Of a DNA stretch of 64,000 nt, positions 27,593-38,590 are shown piece by piece. The notes beneath the pieces are model-generated. The model searched no databases. It was not told the origin of the DNA and worked only from the letters and a program-made list of their open reading frames with translations. The DNA lies in NCBI GenBank assembly GCA_002269645.1, contig NIVC01001350.1, positions 166,177-230,176 on the forward strand, in the 5' to 3' direction. Position 1 is the first letter of the stretch. Each line of letters starts with the position of its first letter. Source of the DNA: Macrostomum lignano. Its lineage: Eukaryota. The position numbers and the translations under genes were made by a program.

Positions 27593-29598
27593 TCAGCTGC
27601 GGTCGCCGCCGCCTCTTGCGCTGCGCTGCGCGCTGTAGGACTTCTTTGGCTGTTGTGGCTGCTGCGGACCGCTCTGGCCCTGGCTGCCGCCCCCGCCTCC
27701 GCCGCCTCCGCGACCGCCTCGACGAGAATAGGAAGCGGAAGAGCCGTCCTGTCTGTAGCCGCCGCTGCCGCCGGCCCCTCCGCCGCCATATTCTTCGTAG
27801 CCCCCAATGCCCTGCAAGTACTTGTAGTACTCTTGCTTATAATCGAAGTCTGTCTTCCGCCTGCCGCCGCCGCCGCCACCGCGTCCTCCGCCGGCGGCTC
27901 CGCGACCTCCGCCTCCGCCTCCACCGCGACTGTCTGCACTTGCTTGCTGCTTCTGCTGCTTCTGCTTTGGTTGCGCCGGTTTCTGTTGCTGCTGCTGCTG
28001 CTGCGGCTGCTGCTGCGGCGGAGGTGGCGGAGGCTGAGGTGGCGGAGGCTGAGGTGGCGGAGGCTTCTCATCCACAGAGTTTCTCTCGTCAGCGGCAGTT
28101 GCAGGCCTACGTTTTATTTCTATTACTTTAGTTGATGAGGATGATGCTGATGGAGGCTGGGAAGCTTGAGCAGTTTCAGGTTTGGCGCCTGCCGAAGCTT
28201 GCTTCTGCTGAGACTGCTGCTTCTGCTGAGACTGCTGCTTCGGCTTGCCCTGCTGCTGCTTTCGCTGCTTCTCCCGCTCCCGGTCGCGTTTCCGCCTGTC
28301 CTCATCGTCTCGCCGCCGCGCCTCGGCCTTGTCCCGCTGCTGGCGCTGCCGGTCCAGCCGCTTCTGCCGCAGGTGCAGCAGCAGCGGGGTCAGCTTGGAC
28401 GCGTCGGCAGCCTCGGCGGATTCTTTCTCGCGCCGGCGAATGGCTTCGAGGCTGGACTCCCAGGTCGGCGCCGGCCGGTCCGCTTCGGCCGCCAGGTCGG
28501 CCAGGAAGGCGGCGTACTCGGGCGTGGCCTCCAGAGTGCCCTGCTTCGGATTCGGCTTGGCCCTCTTGGCGCCGTCTGTCACCTGGAAAGGTATTGAACA
28601 AAAGCCGATGAGAACGGTGCCCAGGCCAAGAAGCATCCCAGAGTCATTTCAGACTCCTCGAAAATCACTTTGAAGCGTTTTATTGTCTGCGACTGTGAAA
28701 CAACTCTGGGGCCGTAGAATCGTATTTCAAGCGCATTTGAGCGCTAGAAAAGTCGCAGAAGAAGCGCTTCAGCGTCACTGATAGAATCGTTAGTGCGTCA
28801 CTTCTGAGACGCTCTGGACGCCCTATTAAACTCCAAGTGCACTCTAACTAGCCTACTGAGTTAGGGGAAGTCTAGGCATAGCATAAGGATTGTGGTCTAA
28901 GTGGTTAGAGCGTCGAAAGGTCGGGGGTTCGATTCTCGACCCACTTGGAACAATTTCATGTGTCCTTGAGCAAGACACTTAACTCTGCATTGCTTCAGTT
29001 CACATAGTTGTAAAATGGGTGCCAGCATTAGCTGGGGTAATTGAGGGTGCGTGGCAACCCCCAGTCCTAGGACTGAACAGCCGTACGCAGCCTTCAGATG
29101 CGCCGCGCAATAGCTGCGGCTGAGCTGTCGGTTGTACATCTGCCTATTAGGCATTATTATTATTTATTATTATTAGAGGACAGGTGAGAGCGGCAGAGAT
29201 GGAAGGGGAGTAGAGAGGAAAAGAGGCACTTGGCTGCAGAGGCCAGGCCTTACCTGGTAGGGCGCCAGCTCGACCAGAGCGGCCGACTCGACCCCCTTGG
29301 CATCCACGAAGACGTAGCCATCCCACTGCTGGCAGAAGGGCAGCAGGTCCTCCTTGTTGCTCAAGCAGACGTAGGCCCGGCAGAAGCCGAGCTCCGGGTC
29401 GGCAGGGCAGTAGCGAAATTCGCTGTGCTGGAACGGCAAGCTGCCAACCTGGGCGAGGAAGTCGGCCTCAGACAGGCCGGCAGGCAGGCGGCGGAGAACC
29501 ACCTTGGTTGGCTGCTGCTGCTTTGGCTTTGCCAATTTCTGCTTCTGCTGCAGCTTTGAAGAGCCACGCTGCTGTGGCTTATCCTTGCTGATTGAAGG
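27593..29598 (-). CDS. UPF3: Nonsense-mediated decay factor UPF3 (Smg4/UPF3 RRM-like domain plus charged and low-complexity C-terminus); initiation codon not found
   Basis: Exon 29598-29254 (TTTCCAG| phase 0): PSISK...KVVLRRLPAGLSEADF...FCRAYVCL...FCQQWDGYVFVDAKGVESAALVELAPYQ (|GTAAGG). Exon 28582-27593: VTDGAKRAKPNPKQGTLEATPEYAAFL..TPLLLHLRQKR. Matches the UPF3 motifs KVVIRRLPP, SRAYINF, FDGYVF.D.KG....A.VEFAP.Q, GTIE.DPEY..FL, TPLL. Confidence 0.92.
28886..29175 (+). mobile_element. tRNA-derived SINE with CORE-like central domain and (ATT)n tail, antisense in the UPF3 intron
   Basis: A-box TGGTCTAAGTGG (28893-28904), B-box GGTTCGATTC (28926-28935). GTGTCCTTGAGCAAGACACTTAAC...TGTAAAATGGG resembles the CORE-SINE (MIR/AFC) core; ATT-repeat tail. 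No clear TSD. Confidence 0.85.
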
Positions 29599-30869
29599 CT
29601 GGAAATCAGTGGTGTGAAAACATACTACTACTAGTAGGAGTGCCTTAATTTATATTTATTTCATATTGTTAAAATCGTTTCGTATTATAAAAATTTCCAA
29701 ATACAACTACTTATTTGTTTAAAAAATATTGAAAGCAAAAGTATATCAATCTACTAATAAATATTTCATTAAATTAATATATAGAAATTCATTGAAATAT
29801 TCACTGTGTTATAAATTTGAAGCTTATGTAAATTACTCTAAACAAGATGAATTGCTTTTTAAATTGTCTTAATATTATGTTAATAGACTAAAATTCTACA
29901 GATAAATATACATGTAAAGGCAAAAGATAAAAAACTAACTTTCTTCATCTTTAATAAAAATTTTAATTTCAAAGGACAGGCTGAAGTCTCTAACTTTAGT
30001 AAAGGAGAATTCCTATATAGCTATTAATAGCTTTGCTTTTGTCACAATCTTAAGAGACATTGGCATAACTTTTAGTAATATATAAGTAACTTACCTATTT
30101 ATGAAAGAAACCTAAACAAAAATGATTATAATTCTGTAGTGATCCGCTAGTTGGTGTTAGGCGTCGCACTTTGTCAGCAGTCGCCCTTGCCTTCGCCCTC
30201 GCCCTGGGTTGCTGTCTGCCGCTGGTCAGCTTCCCGCCTCCCTCCTTTTGTCTGTCTGTTGCTGCTCCCTTCCCTCGTTTTGCCCGTTTTGCCCCTTCGT
30301 TTCTCAGCCCTCAGCTTCTCTCCTGTGGGCTGTCGCTGTTTCGTCAGTCTCGTTTTCCCCTGTCATGTGAGCCAGTCACATGACAGGTCTCTCGTTCTTG
30401 GAGTCCTAAAGTGCAGTAAACAAGTTTACTGCACTCGCTGGTCCTGTTTACTGAGTGAGTCACGTGCTTTCGGTCCCCTCCCTTCTCTAAGGAGAGGAGT
30501 GATTCAAGTTGCTAAAAATAGCAACTGAGTCACAGCCGTGTGTACTTCTGCCCGGAGACCCCAAGTGACGTCAGTTCTAAAAATAGAACGAGTCACGAGG
30601 TCTTGAGCGCATTGGGACTCTGCCCGGAGGCTTTGAGTGACGTCAGTTCTAAAAATAGAACGAGTCACGAGATCTTGTGCAATGGGACAGATGTGAATCC
30701 CGCGCTATAAATAGGACCCCTCTCAACTTGTTTCCGTCAAGGAGTTTTCAGTTATCAGTATTTGTAGCCGAGTTCCTGAGATTCTGACTATTCGTCTTCG
30801 GAATCTTCTTCCTGTCTAGTTTTCCAGACTTCGTTCAGTTGCCCATTTAAGCTATCACCAATTGGCCTG

Positions 30870-32527
30870 ACTAAAACTTAGACGCCCAAGCCAAAGGGAG
30901 GCTAACACTGCCTTCCCAGCCACCCCTGAGCCCGGCGGGGATCTGCTGATCAGGACGCCTTGTTCATTAATCTGCAAATCTGCACGCTGTGCTGAGTTCG
31001 TTGACTTGTTTATTTCGTTCCGACGAACTGACCTGAAGGACCTGAAGGAACTGGTGGCAGCACTACCTACTGAGAGAGCTAAGAAGGCTTCCGAGTGAGA
31101 AGACGGAGAGCCCAAATCACTGTGCTAGACAGCAGGAGAAGCAAAGGTACTTCCATTCTGAGTAAACAGCATGAGTAACTGACTTTAGTCAGCATCTAAT
31201 TAATACTTACTATATCTATTTTTAAGTATGCATTTTTGCAATTTACCTTGGTTGGGCCAAATTGCGCATGTATAGGTCTACCACTATCTATCTATTACAA
31301 AAAGCCTATCAAAGTTATTATCATTGAGTTAATATATAAAAAGTAAAAATAAAGACTAGGCATATAGTGATATATATCTAGCTAGACCTAGAGCTAGATA
31401 AGGTCACTAGTCAAGCAAATAGATTCTATTCTAATTCTAAGTTATTCTAGGCCTAACTAGTAACTAGTGTCCCAGGGCTCTTAATTATTCTTTTGTTAGT
31501 CCTACTCGCTGCCTCCAAGTTGTAACAGTGGTTATTGTTCTCTCTAGTAAATCCTATCACTAAGTCACCAAGTTGTTACAAGGCTTAACTTCTGTCTTTA
31601 TAAATGTCTTAATTTTGGTAGCTGCCACTAAGAAAGACTATTCTATTAATAAATTATGAGTTTATTAATCTTAGAATAAGTCTGAGAATATTTATTAGAA
31701 TAGGTCTGAGTATTTAGTCTGAGTATTATTCTTAGAAAACAGGAGAATGAGGCGCCACTACGAGTGCCAACAAAGCCCTGTAAGCCTGGAGGCAAAACCA
31801 AGAGATCGCCCCCGGCTACTACAAGTGAAGAACCGAGACTCAAGCGGGCTGCTTTGTTAGCTTCTCAAGCCGCGGCACCAGTACGATCGATGGTAGTCAG
31901 GGCCACCCCGCCAAGCAGCAGCCGTACGATCCAAATTGAAGCACCGGCCAAGGCACCGACAGCTCGAGGTTCGAAGACGCCGCGACAGAGCACGCCTGCG
32001 TCTGCAGCCACTGCGGCGCCGATATCGTCACGGCTGGGACCAAGAACATCGCCTCGGCGAAGCCCAAGACGATCACCACCACGGAGCCAGGGAGCTTCGC
32101 TGCCGAGCCCGAGAACGTCACCACGGAAGAGCCCGTCGCCAAGACAGCAGAGACGATCGCCGCCAAGGGAGGTGGCTGACTTTCGCAGAATAATACGCGG
32201 ATTGATCGAAACCCGCGGCGCCGACATCGAGAGGCTGCGCTATAATTTTCGGCAGTACATGCTGACACTAGCTTATCTTCGTCTGGACGTACGTCAGCGA
32301 CTGCCGCAGGCCTCCAAGGTCTGGCCAAGTGTAAAATTCTGCGGGAACAGTACTCCCATCAGGAAGCAGTCGCCGTCCTCCAGGATGTGGCCGACCAGTT
32401 GCACCAGAACTTCTGCAGTGATCGTCGACCACCAAACCGCCAGCTGATCAACGCCAAGATCGATTGGCTTTTCGGCCAAATCAAGTGGCCATACTACCGT
32501 GACCTACCGCATCCCTGCCAGTTTTAA
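30870..32527 (+). pseudogene. Decayed two-exon ORF of unknown function inside the LTR-like unit (S/TPxR-rich basic region plus helical C-terminal part)
   Basis: Exon to 31146 (AAG|GTACTT) with in-frame TGA/TAG stops; AT-rich intron 31147-31742; phase-0 exon from 31743 (AACAG|GAG AAT GAG) open to ~32310; one frameshift, then LQGLAKCKILREQYSHQEAVAVLQDVADQLHQNF...CQF* at 32527. Confidence 0.5.
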
Positions 32528-33204
32528 GGACTGAGTGATCCTAACAATTTGCGCTATAAACAATTTATTTCTTATGCTGTACTCTTTATTAATGTTTTAC
32601 TTTAATTTTAGCACTTTTAGTTGAAATTTTTGCACTTAAAATTCATAATATTCCTTTTGCATTTAAAAATTTCTTTTGGAGGAGGAAAGTTGTGCTAGCC
32701 TGCACTTTCTATAAGTTTTAGTATTTCTACGTGCCTAATAAACATCTCCAATGATAGTGCTGTTATATTATCGCAATTTATACAAGTAAAAATAGTTTCA
32801 TAATAGTCACGTTGAATTTGCGCGCAAACTAGAAATAAACTCACTGTTTTGTTTTACTATGCAAAATATTATCGATAAATATTTTTGTTATAAACATCGC
32901 CATCTAGACAGTATATATACGAGCCAATTTTTGCGCAAATATACCCAACTGGCTAAACTTGCTAACTTGCTGCTTGCTCTTAGCTTGTTCGTTCTATATT
33001 CTCAGATAAACTTTGAAACCTTATTGAGTTAGTCATTTTAAGGAAAGAGGGAGTTACAGTGCTCAGAAAATTACTTAAGAGAAGGGATTGGGAGATATAC
33101 AAAGGAAATTATGAGAGTTGTGCTGTGACCCTCTAATCCTGGTGAACGCCCGACTAAGGACAATTTAATAAGTTCATGTACCAGTACTATACCGCTCAGG
33201 CCAT

Positions 33205-33797
33205 ACATAAAACGCTACCAGACTAATACATAAAACACTACCAGACTAATACATAAAACGCTACCAGACTAATACATAAAACGCTACCAGACTAATACAT
33301 AAAACACTACCAGACTAATACATAAAACGCTACCAGACTAATACATAAAACGCTACCAGACTAATACATAAAACACTACCAGACTAATACATAAAACGCT
33401 ACCAGACTAATACATAAAACGCTACCAGACTAATACATAAAACGCTACCAGACTAATACATAAAACACTACCAGACTAATACATAAAACACTACCAGACT
33501 AATACATAAAACGCTACCAGACTAATACATAAAACGCTACCAGACTAATACATAAAACGCTACCAGACTAATACATAAAACGCTACCAGACTAATACATA
33601 AAACGCTACCAGACTAATACATAAAACGCTACCAGACTAATACATAAAACGCTACCAGACTAATACATAAAACACTACCAGACTAATACACAAAAACGCT
33701 ACCAGACTAATACATAAAACGCTACCAGACTAATACATAAAACGCTACCAGACTAATACATAAAACACTACCAGACTAATACACAAAAACGCTACCA
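33205..33797. repeat. 23-bp minisatellite (CCAGACTAATACATAAAACGCTA)
   Basis: Directly visible. Confidence 0.97.
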
Positions 33798-33966
33798 GTT
33801 TATTCAAATGAAATTCTAAGAAACAGTTAGGGAGTGAAAACAGAAGTGCAATTAGGATAACTTTAGTTAAGCAGACAGGAACAATACCTGTACAACTTGG
33901 TGGCATTTAGTGGGATTAAAATTGATAAAGTAGGAGGTATAGGAGGTAAAATCCCTGTTACAACTT

Positions 33967-33984
33967 TGGCGTCAACAGAGGGAT
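33967..33984 (+). other. Primer-binding site, tRNA-Ser-like format
   Basis: TGG-C-GTCAACA-GAGGG-AT fits the complement of CCA, discriminator G, acceptor stem and T-stem; lies 4 nt after ...GTTACA. Confidence 0.6.
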
Positions 33985-36900
33985 AGTTTCAGTGAGAGCA
34001 ATAACCCCTGTTACAATTTCAAGCTATTTAGGTTTTTTAAGCTCATAATAAAGCATAGGCCCATAAACAATTTTTTGCATGTATCAGCTTTCTACTAGAA
34101 ATAGTATTGCCAAAAATTGCCAAAGTATTGAAAAATTAACAATTCCTCTTGCTCTTTTCCTCATGTGTTTACGTTTGTTCCTTTAAGTTTGAGTGCGAGT
34201 AATTGCATTCTTCTTTATTTAGACCTTAAGTAATAGCATTAGCCTTTGCGTAAACTAACTTTCTTATTTAGCACCCTTGGCACAGCCAGATTAACTCTCA
34301 TTTTGTTGTTAAAATACCTGTTGGCAAATAATAAATAACTAAGTATCACCTGCTCATTATTTATTTATGTTAATTGATTGAAGCCTTTAATAGTTTATCT
34401 TGTGGTATTTGCCCTTGGGGCATTAAACAACCAAATTAATCTCAACTCTGAACAAGCTCTGAGATCTCAATGTTCTATAATAAAAAATTATGGTGGTGGC
34501 AGTGCTACTCTACTGAAAGTAATCAGTTCAGAAACTTAGAAAACAGAATTATGGTGTCTAGACTATTGAGTCTACTGTCTAAACAACCGTGCCTGCTTAA
34601 GACCGCTTGACTACGATTACCACTACTCTCCCCCTGGAATTGAGGACCTGGCAAATGGAGTAGCAATGGAGAAAAGCATTTTGAGTCATTTAGCAAAATT
34701 TTTCTGGCTTTCACAAGTGCCAAGATAACAAAGGTGGGAATTCAAAGTTGAACCGCCCCCACCTCATTGGTTTTGGCAACCAACTGATTTCAAAAGAAAT
34801 TTTATTATCTTATTCCTTTTATCCACCCCACCTCACTAGTGTCAGCTAAGTGAGATAGTAAAACACCAAAACCCATTTGACAAGTCATTCAGAATCTACA
34901 TTATGGCTTCGACTACTAACTCAATGGCTTCGGATGCAACAACCAACACCACAGGCCCTAAAAATTCAACTACCAGGCTGACCTAAAATGAGATGATCTA
35001 TGCAGTGACCGAAAAGGTGCAACAGTGTCTAGAGCAGACTAGTCTGGGATAGCCGCAACACTATCATCATGTGTATTAGCCGGCCCAATAGCCAGATTGA
35101 GCTCCAACACCAAAAACGGGTCAAGATCTAGCAGTACACCCCGAATGAGGACTTTGATGTCTGGATCTAAGCTCTCGAGGAGCATTGTGAGCTCAACGAG
35201 ATCACAGACAACCAATGTAAGAAGGCGGAAGTCCTAGTTCAAAGGCAAGAAGTGCCACCTGTTTTGGGCAAGCTTAAATTATCTGGGACACCTAGTTACT
35301 AAGGATGGCATCAAGACTGACCTAGCGAAGATTGAGGCTATTCAGACCTGGCCAAGACTAAGAACAGCTACACAACTTAAAAGTTTTGTCTGCATGTGTG
35401 CTTACTATGCAAAATTTGTACCTGGCTATGCAGAACTTGCAGCTCCGCTCCACAACTTAATTAAGGAGAAGAAAATCAGCAACTTCAACTGTCTATGGGG
35501 AAAAGCCCAACAGGATACATTTGACTAGCTCAAAGCAGCTATGACTTCACTTCAGTGAAGACCCTAACATTTGTCCTAGACATGGATACTTCTGCAACTA
35601 GAATTGGAGCCTGTCTGAGCCAATGCCAAGCTGACAAGATTGAGTGCCCAATTGGCTATTTCTCCCAGTAACTCAAACCAGCTGAAGCCCAATATTCCGA
35701 TTACTAAGCAAGAACTTTTGGCAGTCATAGATGGGATACACTTCTGCTTCTACCTGCTGGTCTGCCGAACCGACCATGTAGTATTGACCTGGATTCTCCA
35801 ACAAACTTAGCAAGTAGGCATCTTCAGATGATGGCTACAGTGGCTAAGTGAATTTGAGTTTGAGATCCAACATTGCAAATCAAGCCAGCATCAGAATGCT
35901 AACAGTCTCTCGAGATAGCCTAAGGACAACACTGAATGCATGGAGGAGGCTCAGCGAGAGGCAGCTAATGAGGACCAAAGTAAGCAGCCAGCCGCAATAA
36001 CTGGCATAGCAGCGCCAAAGGTCCACAACAGCAGCCACCCTAGCCCACCACTGAGCAAGAAGCCATCAACCTGCCAGAAGCAACGCAAACCACTGACTAA
36101 GCTGAAGGAGTCCAACAGTGAGGCTACACTACCAGTAATACCAACAGCGGACAGCAAGCCACTGACAGAGCTGCACCCACCAGTGACAAAGCTGATGCCA
36201 TTAGCCAGCCATTACAATGACTCGCAGAGGTCGCCTACTAGCTTCAGTAGCACATGTTGCCCATCTAGGAGCCACTGACTACTAGCTGGAGATGACATGG
36301 ACAGCAACCACAGCGCAGCCAGAAATGACTGCTGCTAACCCGCTTGCTACCCGGAGTTCAGGAAGAAGGTGAGATTTAGCAGCAATGTAGACAGCTCCAC
36401 TGACTCATCAACGTCTGCTAACAAATCTAAATCTGACAATAGTGACACCAAAGCCACCAATGAAGATTGACCTTTGGGCACATCAACTACATGGCAACCA
36501 GTCCAAATAATGATCATGCGGAGGGAGCTCTAGACCCCAAACCATGCCGCCACAGCTGAAGCCACACCAATCAATTCTATTGATCGACATTGAACTTTAA
36601 ACCTAATGGATCACATACCGAGGCCAGTCACCCGCGAGGAGCTCCAGACCCATCAGCGTGCTAACTCTGCCATCACTATGGTGATCAACCTTCTAGAAAG
36701 TTGACAACCAAAGCCGTTGCTAAATCAGCAATTAAACATGGTGCAAGATGAGTGAAGCCTGCTAGCGTTTTACAAGCAGCTTGAGGTCCAAGATGGCAGA
36801 CTACTAGTGATTCATCTTAATGATGTTGGCGAGGGAGACAGTGTGAATTATCCTGCTAAGGAGTCTAAGATTCTGGCAACCTGCCCTGGCCAAGGCAGTG

Positions 36901-38224
36901 TCTAACTATATTGCTTCCTGCCAAACCTGCACTGAGAGCAAAGGACGGCGACGAATTCTGGTGCATGTACAGTCGTTCCAAGTTTGTGAAATCTATGGGC
37001 AATGCACAATTGACATTCTGGGCTCCATTGGAGATCTAACAGACCAAGGCAACAAGTATATATCTTGACCTACGACGACACTAAATCAAAGTACCCCTTT
37101 GCCTGCGTCATGAAAAATCAGCGTGCCAAGATGATAATAAATCTCATGCAGGAACAAGTATTGCCAATCACAGGAATCCCAGCATGGATCCACTCTGATC
37201 AAAGAAAACAGTTCACAAGGCATAAGTTCCAACATTTCTGCGAAGTCTATGGCATCTGACAGACTATGATGCCGCCATATTTGCCCTGGGCTAATGGACA
37301 AGCTGAGTCATATAACAAGAACATCAAGAAGGTGCTCACTTGTCTCCTAGAAGATCATCAGCAATGATACAAAATGCTGCTAGCTGCTTTGACTGCCTTA
37401 AGATCAGCTGTCAATCATACTACTGGGTTCTTACTACACTATGTCATCTACAGAGCACCCTATTGATACCCTATCGACAACATCCTAGACTGCCTAGACA
37501 TATCAGCCAATCTCCCAGAGTACATTGCCAAGTATCAGCGCAGACTGGCAGAAACTGAGCACATCGTGCGACAGCAACTGAGGACTGAGATCCAACACCG
37601 AGAGGAGTACTATGAGAATTGACTGAAGCCTGTGGAATTGCAGCCCAGAGACCTTGTCTGCCTGGCCAACCCAAAGCTTGAGTTGGGAGAGCTGCCCAAA
37701 CTCCACCGGCCATACAAGAGTATATACAAGGTTGTCAAGAAAGTTGGAGAAGTGGTGTATTGGATTAAGCCTGCCTGCAACAGCCCGGCAGGACACCCAG
37801 CCGAGATGTTGGTACATTGCAACATCAAGGTGCTGCAGATGATGGCTGACTGACCACAGGAGCTGCCGCGCCAGACTGAGCAACAGATGTTGCCCTATGA
37901 GTCGAGCAAAGATAGCAAAGTTGATCTAGCCAATCAGCCCATGCCAGAACAGCCGGCCATAGCTCTGCCCAACCTGCAAGGCAGCTAGCTGTTTAAGCCC
38001 AGCTTGCGCCATCTAGAGGTGATCGCCAAGGGCAACCCAGATCTGCTTGATATCGGCATGGAAGTGGAATTGTCTATTAGCTAAATTAATGATGCACATT
38101 ACTATAAGTAATCAACTCTGTGAATGCATTTTTAATTCTGCTGCTGTAAACCTTCTATGCACCCACTAATGTGCTGAAGGTAATATTACTCCTTCTCTTT
38201 CCTTCTTATACTTTCCGAACAAAA

Positions 38225-38590
38225 GCAACGTTTGATGTACTTTTAATGTGACCTTATGCTTGAGGGCAAAAGCAGTTTATTTCTCTGTTTCCTTATGCTT
38301 TCAGGACAAAAGCAGTGTTTCAATGTACTTTTAATGTGACCTTATGCTTGAGGGCAAAAGCAGTGTTTCAATGTACTTTTAATATAACTTTATGCTTGAG
38401 GGCAAAAGCAGTTTATTCCTCTGTTTCCTTATGCTTTCAGGACAAAAGCAGTGTTTCAATGTACTTTTAATATGACCTTATGCTTGAGGGCAAAAGCAGT
38501 TTTTTCCTGTTTCCTTATGCTTTCAGGACAAAAGCAACATTTAATTTATTCTCAATTTTTGGTTTCCTTATGCTTGAGGGAGAAAAGCAG
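38225..38590. repeat. Composite repeats (CTTATGCTTGAGGGCAAAAGCAG / CTTATGCTTTCAGGACAAAAGCA) after the integrase; the last unit forms a PPT-like GAGGGAGAAAAG before TGTAAA (38592)
   Basis: Directly visible; the PPT reading is inference. Confidence 0.7.

Larger units (their letters stand above)
30135..33962 (+). mobile_element. Candidate long LTR (TGTA...TACA) of an LTR retroelement, followed by a PBS
   Basis: Starts TGTAGTG, ends CTGTTACA; ~72-bp duplicated TGACGTCA-containing block (30546-30671); TATAAATA 30706-30713; PBS TGGCGTCAACAGAGGGAT at 33967-33984. No second copy in the window. Confidence 0.55.

Noticed and set aside
31950-32200. Resemblance of the SPRR-rich tract to the hepadnavirus core C-terminal domain
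   Set aside because: Low-complexity similarity only; no capsid fold or polymerase motifs were seen.
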